Shown: positions 1-13,600 of the stretch, one piece after another
Layout of the letters: each line of letters begins with the position of its first letter
How positions within the stretch are numbered: the first letter of the stretch is position 1
NCBI GenBank assembly: GCA_964035545.1
Contig: OZ037770.1
Coordinates: 11,304,463 to 11,368,462, forward strand
DNA from: Bugula neritina
Lineage: Eukaryota > Animalia > Bryozoa
Direction of reading: 5' to 3'
Length of the DNA: 64,000 nucleotides
Notes under the pieces: generated by a model
What the model saw: the letters and a program-made list of their open reading frames with translations, nothing else
Told to the model about the DNA's origin: nothing
Databases searched by the model: none
Position numbers and translations under genes: made by a program

Positions 1-451
1 GTGTTATGTATAGTGAATTAACCTTAATTGTCCTCACCATTGTTATCAGTCACAACATAACATAATGCCAGTTTTAATGTATTATATAGTATTATTCAGT
101 TATGTATTGTGTCTGTGATTAGTTTAATGATTGTATCAGCTTTTGATTTCCGATTATGCTCATTGAAAAAATAAAAATGGTTCTGAGAAGTTCAATAGAC
201 AATCTTCACTCAACCTATTCCACGAGTTAATTTAACTCAGAAGAATTCTACACATGCCGGCTCATTATTACAATGCAGGCAGCATGAATGGAGAAAATCA
301 ATAATTGCGTGTGTAAGGCATGTTTGCATAATATAATTCATCAATAGAAATGATTTCATTATTAGGTTTGCTATTTAAGAAAAATGGAAAATTTCCATTG
401 CCTTCAAAAAATTTCCGTGACGTGTGAGTATTATATCAGCTATTACCATCG

Positions 452-887
452 TTACATTGTTTTTTCAATGACAATTCGTCGGCAGCGAGCATTGATACGG
501 CAGCATGCATTGAAGCACATGTTATGTTTACAGGGAAGTTGAGTTCAGAAGTACAAGTTTATAGCGGTTAGCAACCCAAAGCAGTGGACCCTAAATGCCT
601 ACTTTCTATGCCTACCAAAGAACCTACATGCATTTCACTGAGGACCTGCATGTAATAGCATTTATAACAAATAAAAAATAAACACAACAAGGATAAAAAT
701 GTGAGCCTTTCTCGTAGGCTGTGTTCACTGATAAGCAGTGCTTTTAGTACGGTACCTAGAGATGAGCCTGCGAGCTACTGCACGGAAGCTGACTAGGCAC
801 TAAGTCTAAGCAGCGGATACGACAGCAGCTTCCGACCATCAGCGTCTGCAGCTGCCGCCATTTACTTCTCTATGTAAAACAATGTAA
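452..887. mobile_element. Possible non-autonomous DNA element (MITE-like), probably in an SLC6 intron
   Basis: Inverted ends TTACATTGTTTT (452) and AAAACAATGTAA (ends 887), each with an inner CGGCAGC/GCTGCCG. Internal stems CTCGTAGGCT/AGCCTGCGAG and CGGAAGCTG/CAGCTTCCG. No clear TSD. Confidence 0.35.
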
Positions 888-2382
888 TTAAGAATACAAA
901 TATTATTAACATCTTGATGTAGTAAGACAATGAATAAAACATTACATACTGAGTATAAACCCTGAATATAAACAAACAATGGATACCAGTTGATGAAAAC
1001 CAAGCAAAAAGCAAAAATTTCTTCAATTTCTGAATTTAGTGATCATCAAGTCATACTAGGAATAATAAATCCAGTGTTTATTTATAGCAGAGCTACAATT
1101 TTATAGCTGAATACTACAACAACTTTATAAAAGAATATGCCTTTACATTACGCAATTACAATCTAACTAGAACACACTTAATTAGAATTAAAATGACGAA
1201 GTGTTTATGGTGGAAAAAGTTCACAGATTTGTTTTAGTGGGAAAATAATAAAGATGTTTTAGATTGAGACTGTGAAAAGGTAGGATAGTAAGGGTTAGTG
1301 CACATGGAAGTCTTATTTAATGATATGTTATTTATTTACACAATTTATCTTCTCTAACATAATATATAGAATAGCAAAATGAGAGAATAATACACATTAG
1401 CTTATTGCTACTAGATTCTAGTGACTATGCATTAATTTCCCTTGCCATTACAAAGAACCACAGACATAGCTTGACACATATAAGTTCTACCACAAATTTT
1501 CTAGTACACAAGTATTAAATTTAGTTAAAACAGTTTTTTGAACTAAAAATTAGCATATAAATTATAAAGCACAGAAAAGTGTGTATATTTTATTCTCCAA
1601 AGTAAATGTAGACATAGGAAGATGGCATTCTAATGCCTTTACTGACAAAGAATGTAAAAATATGTTGAAAAAAGCATCCACAACCAGTACTAATGTAACT
1701 GTCAGGGGAGGTAACTTTTTACAAAACACCGTTTCAAATAGAAGCAGATGTGATAATTTAGTATTTTGATATGCAGACGCATTGTATGCCAAGTAAAGCC
1801 TAATTTCATGCAATAAAATTTCTAAACTATTTTTCGAAAATGTTTCACAGCTTTTTTTTTTTAAATGGCTACTATTGCATCACATATTTTAAGAGAGTTG
1901 TGCTGAAGCAGTGACAGCAGTTTGAGATCAATACTGCTGTGCTGATTAGGGTTTACAAGTATACTAACTACACTTTAATAACCACAAACTTAATTAAAAT
2001 TCATAGTAATAAAGACCTTCTGCTCCCTAGGGTATTAGAATAGCAAGATTGGTTATTCACCACAGCTGTAGCAATTAGAGCTGGCAGAAGGATAGAATAC
2101 AAAAAGGAGTAGAAAGTGGTGTATGCTGTGACCAGGATGTCACTGTGAATATAGTGTCTTTGTACTAAGTCTTGCCAAAGTATGAATTCTAATCAGTCAT
2201 CAAAACATTTAATAGGTCTTCAGGAATTTATCTGATTTATTTCATCAGTAATTATTTTTACAGTTTCAAAGTGACAGCCTCTAATGATTCACAAGCACAC
2301 ATTGCAAGGGAAGTGAGAGATGGTAAAGAATTGAAAGCTGCTGGAGGGGGGACAATGATAGGGGTGGAGATTATAAAGTTAC

Positions 2383-3091
2383 CTTTAGCAAGGGGGCAGA
2401 GGGACCAAACCCCTACCGGCCCAGCCTGAGCGAACTGACCAGCTGACATCTCCATGAACACTAGTGGTATGCCACACAGGAACAGGAATATAGTGTAAGG
2501 GATGAGGAAAGCACCTAAAAGAACCATGAAATTGACAGTCAAAAAATTCATTTTTCAACATTTAAAATTTGATATATTTTCAATTCGACAACAGTAAATA
2601 AAGTAGGAGGTATAGGTGCAGTAATGAAGAAATTGAGAGAAGCCTGTGTTTTAGATTAGAAATGTGGCAAAAGAAGTTATGTTCTCGCAAAAATTTCAGC
2701 TCGCACCCCAAACCAAAATCTATTAAGAAATTTAAAGAACTTAGGCTATCTCAATTTCTGCACTATTGATTTTTAAATGATTAATAATATTTTTATAAAA
2801 TAGTTGTATTACAGTTTAATTAATTTTACTGCTAGTGCTTTTACAAATTTCAAAACCTAAATTTCATGTGGTAATATTAATATTATCAATCTCACCTCCG
2901 CCATTTTTGTAACACAAGTAGGGGAATCTCCAAAGATTGCCCAGCCCCACAGCGTAGCCTACTGTGCTCAGTAGAAACTCAAACTTGTTACCCCAGTTAC
3001 CTCGGGCTTCTTCTTCACTGCTCGATGAGTTGGTGTTGGATGAGGAATCTGGACTATCGCTCTTAGAGCACTCATACTTATCTAAAGTCAT
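2383..3091 (-). CDS. SLC6 Na+/Cl- dependent neurotransmitter/amino-acid transporter, first two coding exons; downstream exons not resolved and probably left of the window
   Basis: Exons 3091-2896 and 2514-2383 join in phase 1: [36 protein letters not shown]|[44 protein letters not shown]. This is the classic SNF TM1-TM2 signature with GT-AG boundaries. Subfamily cannot be assigned from this fragment. Confidence 0.93.
2607..2779 (+). mobile_element. MITE family A (~165 bp, ~33-bp imperfect inverted repeats), copy 1
   Basis: Starts GGAGGTATAGGTGCAGTAATGAAGAAATTGAGAGAAGCCT and ends AGGCTATCTCAATTTCTGCACTATTGATTTTTAAATG; same internal sequence as the other copies listed. Confidence 0.8.
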
Positions 3092-4260
3092 AGTAATTAA
3101 TATTAATAATACACATCTTATTCAACTGTTAGCACATGGGGGGCATACTCCCTAAAGGAAATTTAACAAAAAAGAAACAAAACTGCCCTAACTAAAAGAA
3201 CAGCATTTAATCTGTAACTTAAAGCAATAGTTATAGTGATACTAATACTGTAATACAGAATGAGGATATTTAAAAACTGAAATCATTAAAAACAATTGCA
3301 ATTTAACATAAATATACAAAATAAACTAAATATGCTATGATGTCTATAAAACTAAAACTGCTTTCAAAAGTCAACCAAAATCTTTATAAAATTAAAGTAT
3401 TGCATACCTTTTCCACACAGGCCCATTATTTCTACCCAGTAGCAAATTAACAGTTCAGTTGTGCGATGCAGAAAGGGTTGAGAGAGAATGAGATTAGCAC
3501 CTTAAGTACACATGTGTATAAAGCATGCCAAGCGTATGTTTAGCCAATCAGAAGCGGAGTGTAGAACACCACATGCACTTTATATGAAATCAATAGCTGG
3601 CGATGTATAATAATAGTGTTTAGCTGCTTCACGGTATTTGTTCATCAGATTAGGTTAGACTGAGGACAAAAGAGCTTAATTCCAGTTATAGAAATGCACT
3701 GCAAACAGTATGCCACTATGCAATGGAATTTTACAGTAAAACTCTACTTGACTTTAGTGAACTATTATTACAAGAAGAAACCTTTCAATGGTTGTATGTT
3801 CACTGTGTAATGAATGAAGGGCTACTAATTACTATATACCCAGCTTGGAGTAATCATTACATGAAAATGAAAACTATAAGGCCATATGAACCATTTAACT
3901 ACAAAAATTGACTGCATAAAACATGGTAGTCTGTAGTGAGCCTTGCTACGAGAGTAAGCCAAGTGGGTGGGTGGTAGACATGAGTGTAGTTGGCAGGAGC
4001 ATAGGTGCAGTAACGGAGAAAGGAGGTAGCCTATTGTTCTAGATGAGAAATATAGCAAACCATAATTAATAAAGACAATTAAAGAATGTAGGATATAAAA
4101 ATGTTTCCATTACCTTGCTTACACAAGTAAAATATTGCTACAGAAAAAATGCATATCATACCAAAAGGGGGTAGATGAAATGCATATAACTAGATGGGTG
4201 AAGTCAATATTTGAAGGCTCATTAGTTCGAAGGTCCATTGCTTCATTCCCAACTAAATAA

Positions 4261-4427
4261 GGTAGGTGCAGTAATAGAGAAATTAAGAGAAGCCTGTGTT
4301 CTAAATGAGAAATGTACCATAAGAAGTTGTGTTCCGCGAGAATTGCAATTTGCGCCCCAAACCAAAATTTAATAACAAAATCAATGAACTTAGGTTATCT
4401 TGACATCTCCACTACTGCTCCTAAATG
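4261..4427 (+). mobile_element. MITE family A, copy 2 (5' fragment also at ~3995-4055)
   Basis: GGTAGGTGCAGTAATAGAGAAATTAAGAGAAGCCTGTGTTCTA ... TCTCCACTACTGCTCCTAAATG. Confidence 0.8.
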
Positions 4428-5235
4428 AACTATATAGCCCATAGTCCTTACTTTTAAAATTGTCATTCACTATTCACATACAATAAATGATAATGAATCC
4501 CTAAGAAACTTCAGCAGAAGTTGATGATGGTATGCTGGTTGAACACAATGTGCTAAATAAACAATATAATTAAAGGTTTTAAAATTATAATACTTGTGAA
4601 AATGTTGGAAACTATTTGCTATTGAGCTAGTGGAAAAATATTAGCATGAACTTGGTGTATGGGCCCGTTGCTGAACCAACCTTGTTTATGTATTAGATGC
4701 ACTCAGGAATTATAATTACTACTTTTAAATTACATTTATATACACCTAAGTAAACATATGGCTCAAGAGTGCCTGAAATTTTCCACAAATTTGAAAATAT
4801 TAAGAACCAGCAATGGATTAAAATTCAAAACTAATTTCTTGGAAGTTAGTGTTACCTTACAGAACAATTACTGAAATTCCAGAACAATTACCAATATTTT
4901 AAAACAATTACTAAAAATGAGAAATAATATTTTATATTTTAAAATGAAGCAAATGTACTGTAGAGCAGCAAGCAGTGATGGAATAATAGAGTAATATTTT
5001 AGAAATGCACGATCTTTTCAAGTGATCATTATTATTACCAAGAAGCAAAATTTATGTATCTAACTATACTAGTTTTTGACAACGTTTTTTTTAAGTCAAT
5101 AAACTTTTTTGACATATGCAGCAGTAAATCACTGAAGCAATTAAGTAGAACAGAAGAACTGGTATGATAAGATATTGTATGCTCAGCCAACAGTCAAGGA
5201 AAATAAAGAGAAGATGTAGTTCTTGAAGTAATCAG

Positions 5236-8200
5236 CTATAGACGCCTGTTTTGTAGCTGCTGAAGCCTTGATATTGTCTTACGAAGCTCTTCAACTTCCT
5301 TTGCATGTTTAGACTCGACATGCGCCATTTTCTACAACAAATTCAGTTCATAAAACAAGTTAATATTACTAAAGTTTAAATTGCCAATTTTTTAATGTTT
5401 TGCATACAATTTTCTTTTAACTGTCTGCTAGTAGAGATGAGCAGTGTTTGATTTAAATTTTCCATCAAACACTTGCGAGCTGAGAAGTTGTCCTTCCTTT
5501 ATATAAAGCATACTGCAACCCAAAAAGTTGAAAATTTGGAATTGTGACTATTTCAAACCCTAAACTCATACATCTAAATCTCTTCAGTTGTAAATTTATT
5601 CTGTTCTGAATGCTTTGAGAAATATCATCAGAGTTAGCTAAGCTGACACATCAGATAATTTTCAGTTTGAATGTTCAAATATTTGGAATAACTAACTCCG
5701 TACAGCTAAGCAAATCGGCAAATAATTCACATTTTCAGACAGCTTTATTGACACATACAGCACATGCTGTTATATATAATTGATAGACTGAATACAGAAT
5801 TACATGACCTGTCCATTTTCAGACAACACAAAATCTATAGTAAAGAAGTTGTTATAAGTCTGTATTCCACACATCTTGCAGAAGTCTTTTATAAGCGATT
5901 TTACCTTCTTGAAAATTTCCTTGTAGTCAAGAGAAGACAACTCTGATGATGCACTGCCTGGCAGAACAGACTGCTGAGCTGTTATCCTAGCTTGCACTCT
6001 CATTACCTTCTCCCCCATCTATAGAGCATAGAACTAACTGAGTTTCTAAGCTCTTTATATATACCATTATCACCTTTTCTGCTTTTTTACCTTCTCCCAT
6101 CTCAAACAGTACATTTACTATTATTTAATATTAACTACTCCTTCATTTTTGTTTTCAATATAAAAACAACATTGCTTATTTTTCCATTTTTTAATCAAAG
6201 TTATTTTTCAACAAATGGTCATTTGAGAAGATAAATCCAAAACAAGGAATTAACGCCTATGGTAATTCAATACAACGCATTTATATGGACATATTTTATG
6301 TGAATTAGTGAGCTTCTACTTCAGCTAATGACCGAGTTATACTTAGAATAAAAACAGTACATATAGTTTAAAACTGCAAAGTAATTGTGAATAATAAGCA
6401 ACAATATTATTTGCGCTAATGTAATATAATATGGCATAATACAACAGCATAAACTACATTGTCAAATAATATTAACTGTTATTTAATTTATATATTATAT
6501 ATTACATAACACTTAATACAGCATAATATACTGATTGACATGCAATACCTCGATTTTTAACTTTTCAAGCTGTTCATTATGAGTTGATTTCAATTCCTCT
6601 ATCTGTTTATTCAAACTCTGAGAGTTATCTCTCTCTTGCTTCAACTCTTCTTCCAAACTGCTGATGCTTTCTAAGTCTGTCATGCAAGCAACTGTTCAAC
6701 TTGCTAACTACACACACGCACACATGGACACAACTTGCTAACTACACATGCATACACACACATATGCATGCACGCACACGCACACACACATGCGAGTACA
6801 CACATCTATGTTATAAAAAAGATAAAATATCAAGCAATAAAAAGAAGACACCTTGCAAAGTTGCATTAAAAGTCTTGAATATGGAAACTCCACCAGTAAA
6901 CATTTATAGCATGCACCATGCAACAAAATCTTTCTGTGCCAGACAATTGACATGTATTAGCTGCAGATGCTTAAAACTTGATACAACAACAAAACAATTC
7001 CAAGTAGGCAAAGCATGATGTTTATATATATATTAGTCCAACCTCTTAAAATTCAAACTGTTTTTCTCTTTAAATGCATGGCACGACAGAGTTACCTAGC
7101 TAAATATAGCTGCCTGCTTTTTTTCAAAGACCGACATTTTTCCTTATGGCTAATATTATCTGAACAGATGGTCACCATCAGGGTATGTGTGTTACAGCTG
7201 TTAGTACTTCATTCATTTGTGACTAAATAAAGAATATTACATATAGCTAACATAAAGGGAAGAGTCAAGCTGTTTCTACTCACGAAGTGCAATGGTCTTA
7301 TGCAACTTGTTTGTGTTGCAATCTTTCTCCAATATTTCATTGTTTAGTGACTGAATTTCGCCATCTTTGTTTTTAGCCACATCTGACAGCCTAGCAACAT
7401 CCTGTTAAACAATAATCTGTCCTGTAAGATGACTGAATAAAGAATTCAATTGTCAAAATGCCAGAAAACTTATTGCTTGCACTAAAGACAGTTGTTGCCT
7501 TTTCAATGTTTGTTGTAATTCAATTCACAGGACAAAAATTCAACTTAAAGCTCAAAATGTCATCTGTCGAAGCCTACTCAATTACTTAGTTTCAGCATAC
7601 ACAACTTTTAAAAAATGCAAAATTTTTATCCATTACTTTCTTAAACCCTGCAAGTATACGCTCAAATGTTTTCAATTTTACCAATGTGAGATAAATTAAA
7701 CATCTTTTGTAGTTTTTTATATATTTATGATATAAAGGAGAGTCAATATACACTTATACTTACAGCTTTATAAGTTTCGAGGCTTGATTCAGCAAGTCTT
7801 AAAGCTGTATTTGTCTCGTTTAACTCACCTGATAATTCGAATCATCATATAATCAGTTACAAGCAAAAAGGAGTCTGCTATAGTATATATAAAACTTGAT
7901 AAGTTCAATATGTTTGACTTTTCAAGTAACGTATAAAATAAAATATTCCTTTTTGCTTCTTGAGTACAGATTATAATTATTTCTATTGAACAAAAACTTC
8001 CAATATTATAAAGCTGATTTAGGCCATATTTAAGTTTGTAGTGGCCTTTAGTTGCATAGAGTCAAAGAGTCAGACTAACTATAGAATCAATGCTTGCCTT
8101 CCATCTTGTGAAGTTTTGACAACTCCTGCTGTAGTGATTGTTTCTGCTGTCTTTCTTCATCCAAACCTGAATAAAACACACCACAATGTAACTAAGTTAG

Positions 8201-9533
8201 GAGTAAGATGTACAAAGTAGATTAGTACTATGTTGGAAATGTGAATTGTTGTGTGGCAATATAGACTTGCCACCTGGACACTACTGGACAAACCAGAGCC
8301 AATTGACTGAATCGGTGAAGTCAGGTGAAAAAGTCTCACTTGTAGTTCATAAAGCTGTTGATAAAACTTCAAATAAGAATAATGATGAGTGACGTTTGAT
8401 TAAAGAAGTTATCTACCCACCAGTCTTGGTTTCGGAGATCATTTCTTCAAGTTTCTCGACTTTTTCGTTGCTCTTCTTTAAACATTCTGATATCCTGGAG
8501 ACATCGTGTAAGTGTTTTTGAAGATTCTAGAAATATTATGTATATAATTAAATAGCAACCTTCATTTTAGACTATTTCTCAAATGTAATAGGAGTTGTCT
8601 CATCTAGCATTAACCAAGTGCATGTAGATGAAAATGAGACATTGGAAAACCTATGCTTATAGGAAGCCAACCACAGTGTTTAAGTTTTCAATGATTAATA
8701 TCTGATTAACTTTCCAGTCAACAACTTTGATGCATGCAATTACAGTGAACAATCATCTTGTATGAATGTTATATTTTAAAATAACTGATGAAAACATTCT
8801 AAAGAAAATTGCTGTATAATTTGAAGCTCCAAAAAATAAGCAAAAATCTTTATTTAAGCCTAAATCATGTTGTGACGTTTGGCCTATAAGAAAAATCAAA
8901 CAATTTATTTAATTGTAGTTAATTCTTGTGCTTGTATCTATCAAACCTACCACAAATATTAATTGCTACAAAAGTTGTTAATGGCATTGCAACATGACAA
9001 TATAGTTATTAGAGCATAGACCGTAAAAACATAGATAGATCATATTGCACATTGTTAAATTCAATTTATAAACAACAACTATAAGTAAGATCAGAAAATT
9101 TTATATGCAAATTAACATTTATATGGCAATTATAAGTTAAATAGATACAGTTAAGTTAAAGTATTTTAGTAACTAGATAAAATATTGTACAAAATTGTGT
9201 ATAGAAGTTTTAGAAGAATGAAATACTGACTGGTTTTAAACTTTTTGTTTTCATTTGATATTATTTTTATGTTTTAATTTTCCTTCTTGTTACATATATG
9301 TTGCAGTAAGAGCTTATGTGAACATAGCAATTTTTCATGTGAGACTTTAATTAGCAAATTGCATAATAATTATTGCAACGTTGTGCATAATATGTGCAAA
9401 CTATGATCTTTACCAGTAAGAACTTGTTAATTTCAGCATTAATTTTTTCATGGTTGATGGGTTCCTTGTTCAGCCCAAGTAATGCTGTGCTAGATAGTAG
9501 TGCCTGCAGCTGCCCACGACTTTTTGCATCCAT
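5236..9533 (-). CDS. CCDC152: Coiled-coil protein, CCDC152-like (271 aa, 8 coding exons)
   Basis: Exons 9533-9414, 8526-8421, 8166-8098 (GC donor), 7828-7764, 7401-7284, 6676-6549, 6018-5905, 5331-5236 join in frame. C-terminus EQLEKLKIEMGEKVMRVQ...EIFKKKMAHVESKHAKEVEELRKTISRLQQ resembles the CCDC152 tail as I recall it (KLQLEFDAKLARVQ...IYRRKLQHFQEEKNKEIAILRNTIRDLEQ). Probable 5'UTR donor near 10396. Confidence 0.75.
6708..6803. repeat. Imperfect (CA)n microsatellite in a CCDC152-like intron
   Basis: CACACACGCACAC...GCACGCACACGCACACACACA. Confidence 0.8.
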
Positions 9534-9789
9534 ATTCTCCTACAATAAAACATCAACAATTAAAGGAAACTCTGCAGTCTTAAAAAATATATATACCCAA
9601 CAGTGAATTATCATACTGAAGATGTAGAGTTTTTGAAAGTAAATTTGCTTCATCAATTGTGAACTTCAAAGTCGGAGCCAATGTATGTCTTAATTTAGTT
9701 ACCACTGTCAATGCATGCGAGTAAGTATAAGATTGACAAAGTTTATTATTTATGAACAGGTCCTAATAGATGCCATCCCTATACCTATA

Positions 9790-10045
9790 TTAAAATTTTG
9801 ACTACTTTAACTCCTAGTCTACAAGTTGGTATTTAAAAGTAAATCAAATTTCATATTTTTTATCAATATTAACTAAAAGTAAAATTATTATTACAGTAAT
9901 AATAATTATTAAAATTACACTATCATACCTACACTACTCTTAGTCTTACAGTTCCACTTAGACTAAGTCTTACAGCTAAATTTAAAATTAAACTTAAACT
10001 CTTAAAGTTATGTCTTACTCTTAGACTTAGTCTTATGGACATAAA
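9790..10045. repeat. Drifting 6-bp-periodic tract in the CCDC152-like first intron
   Basis: e.g. ACTCTT AGTCTT ACAGTT CCACTT AGACTA AGTCTT. Confidence 0.55.
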
Positions 10046-10249
10046 AATTAAAAAATAAATCATCATATTTATGTCTTGTACGGCTTATCCCAAAATTAAC
10101 CAGGCAAAGTTCAACGTCAAAATTACAAATAGATTCCATTATAAAAAAAAATTGAAAACAAATATAACTGTGGTGTGTATTAAACCTTATTATTATTTAT
10201 TATACTTGTGCTTATACTTAAGTTAATAGGATGGGGGTCTGGACTACAG

Positions 10250-10560
10250 TTTTGTCTTCTGCTCGAAACAGAACGCTTTTAAAACGGCTCGTTGAGCATA
10301 AACTTGTTTTCTGATACTTAATTAATCGTAACTGTTTATAAGCGCCCCGCAGATCTTTTCAATAGATCGGTTTCGTAACTTTAGCCATATAAATACCTCG
10401 GCCTTGCGTATTTATCGCGCTACAAGTGTATTGCAGAGTACCGAGCGCGCGAGAAGTCACACTAGCCTAAAACATTTTAATCCGTTTACACTTATTCATT
10501 TCCGTACTGAAAAGACTGAAAGAAAGTTTGAGTTAGCTGCCAACCGTAACATACTTTTCT
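10250..10560. promoter_or_regulatory. Probable bidirectional promoter for CCDC152-like (-) and PCGF3 (+)
   Basis: Local CpG enrichment (AGCGCCCCGC, TATCGCGC, CCGAGCGCGCGAGA) in a CpG-poor background, between divergent ATGs at 9533 and 10639. Confidence 0.6.
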
Positions 10561-10638
10561 TTGCCAAGTATTAACATCTGCAGTAACTCTGTGAAGCATT
10601 AAATTGTTTCTTTAGTTTTTAAATTGAACTTGCTAAAT

Positions 10639-13600
10639 ATGGATGAACCTGTGCAGCTGTCATCTTTAACATCTCATCTTATATGCAAATTATGTTCGGG
10701 TAAGACCAACCTAAAACTAAAAGTAAAAGTTCACTAAAAGTAAAAGACAAAAGTAAAAGTAAAAACTTAAATTCGACACTGACAGTGACTTTCATTTCGA
10801 TTTTCAAGTTGATTTGGATTTAAAGTTTAAGCATGTTACTTGTACTGTAAGAATAAGACTAGATAGTACTCAGCGTTGGGTTTTGAGTTGAATTTTGAGG
10901 CTTAGTCACATCTTGATTTAAAAAGAAATTCACATAATGATAATGATAAACTTAAGGAACTGTTTTAATTTAATTCTTGTGAGTCTCACTCTGACAACTT
11001 TGGAATAGTAAGATAGTTTAAGTTTGACTTCGAGATAAATCATAATGATAATTCTTGGTCATAGTGATACTCTTACTGATAGACATGATGATGATGCTCG
11101 TCACCATCATCATGATCACATCAGTAGATGATGAAATTAGAAGTTATTTTAATATTTCTTTATATTTTTAATTTTATGTCACTTTATGTTCACATTGTTG
11201 CTTATATTCATGCTATTGTTTTACTTGGGCTTAACTTCAACTTGTGTTTGACTTTGAACCTAAATTTTCTTTTAATCGGAATGCTACTCAAAGTTGACGT
11301 TAACATGTCTTTTAGTATTAAAATATGCCAGCTAAATAATGAGGATAATTGGTGATTCTCAGTCAGTGCTCTTCAGCAATTTGTTTTTTAATAATATGAT
11401 AGTTGGAGTGGAAACTGTTACTAATCTGTGGTAATCTGTTTAGATTTTGGGTGATAATTTTGAGGCACATATAAACTTACGTGGGTTTCTAGTTACCATC
11501 CCTAGTGCAGAGGTATTTTTAAGTCGGCTAAGGACTTATTTTCTGTTGTGACAAAGGAGCAATTATGAGTGAGTGTCTTTTCTAACATCACCGATAACAT
11601 TACTGAGGATTGAACCACTGGTCTAATGACTAGACCATAGATGTTCCTTTTTGAAGGTATATAATAGTGTAATATGATATATAATATAATACATAATATA
11701 TAAAAATGTTATTATGCTATTTACAGGTTATTTAATAGAAGCAACAACCATCATAGAATGTCTTCACACATTCTGTAAAAGTTGTATAGTTCGGTACTTA
11801 GACGAGGACAATAAATGTCCTGAATGTCAGTTGCAAATTCACCAGAGTCATCCTCTCAGCTATATAATGTTGGACAGGAAGATGCAGGTTAGTAAACTAA
11901 TTCTCTCTCAGCTATATCATGTTGGACAGGAAGATGCAGGTTAGTAAACTAATTCCCTCTCAGCTATATCATGCTGGACAGGAAGATGCAGGTTAGTAAA
12001 CTAGTTCCCTCTATGCTGTTTCCTCTAGGATATTGTATACAAGGCTGTACCTGGACTGCAAGCCAAAGAGGAACAGAGAATTAAAGATTTCTATGCGCAG
12101 AGGAAGTTGCCTCTGCCACAGGAAGTGCAGAGTGTGGAGTCCAGCAACACTACCGAGAGAGCATCTTCACCTCGTGAAGCAGATCAGGTGGATAAGTCGT
12201 CAGATACCAACTGTCACCGAACCGACACTCAGGTAGAGGCCTAGTCTTCGGATTTATACTCTCTTGCTTTAAAACTATGTTTGGCTGATTATTTTTATAG
12301 CCCTTTACTGACAAATTTATTGTCCCTAGATTGTTGAATAAGTTTCCATAATGGCAGTATTCAGCTGGTCTAAAACTGGATCGTGGTACATCATCAAGTA
12401 TAGAAAATTATATCAAAATTATTTTCATATATTATGTTGCCTAATTATGCGTTTCATATAACTATAAGTTATTATATCCAAAATTATTTGGTTATAATAC
12501 TAAAGGATTTACACAATTTATTTCTTGATAAGAAAACAAACTAATAGCCTACTGTTTGTATCTAGAAGATATTTTTCTTACCTTTAAGTGCCAAATTGTT
12601 CCACACTCAGTGCCTACATGCTAATTAGAAGTTTAATTTTTCAACCACTGGTTTATATTCAGCTTTGTAGATGAATTTTTTTATAGCTTCTTCTATATGT
12701 GTGGTTATTTTATATTTTATCTAAACAGGTTTCAATATTGATGATGGAAGGAGAAAATATGCCTGCATTAGAGAAAAAGTACCTACTCTGCTCCATATAC
12801 ACAACTATCAAGACCCTTAAGAGGTAAATTCCTTTAGAGTAAACTAGTGCCTTAGGGTTCTGTGAAGTAAAATTTTGCTGAGTGCCTCCGGTTATTTGGT
12901 CATAATTTTGTAAAAATAAAAAAATAAAACGCCAAGTAGCTGACGATTTGTCAGAAATCTTTGCAATGTAAGGAAACAGACTATAACTGGTAGTTGAGTT
13001 TTATACACTCTGTCTTTTTCTTTAAGGTGTCTAACAAAATTTTGGTTTAATGGTTAACTATAGGGTTTTCAACATCAATTAAATGTTCTTTTATGTTTGT
13101 TTTAATTTCATGCTGTTAACGGTTTCAAAATTTAATTTAATTTCAAAAATTATGCTTTATGGAATATGGTTCATTCACAATGTAAGTTTGTTTTAAAGAT
13201 TCAAACACTAAATGATTTCAAAACATTGAAAAGTACAGGTTAATAGTGATGAATGTGTGTAAAGTAACCTTGTAAATCGTGTTTTATTATCTTATTAGTA
13301 GTTGTGTTCTTCTGCACTATGTTACGTATCTTGTTGATTTACTTAGATGTAAATTCATTATTCAGTTATCAATTATTATTGTGGTTAAACAGGAAAAAAG
13401 GTTACAAAAAGGGTACAAAATGAAATCTTCAAAAATGTGGAGAATATAACTCCAAAATATTAATATAAATGACTCTGGTATTCATTACATTCATCATACA
13501 TCTATATAATATATCTTGCAGATATCTTTCCCAGCATATCTACAAGACAGATAACAAGCATCACATGCTCGATATCTTCTGTCAGAAGGAACTGATGGGC

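Noticed and set aside
1990-2150. Third SLC6 exon (hydrophobic minus-strand stretch)
   Set aside because: Lacks the expected G.G..YYN motif and convincing splice sites.
6701-7018. 105-aa His/Thr-rich ORF
   Set aside because: Arises from a (CA)n microsatellite antisense to a CCDC152-like intron.
11128-11355. 75-aa hydrophobic ORF in PCGF3 intron 1
   Set aside because: By-product of the T-rich 6-bp-periodic tract.
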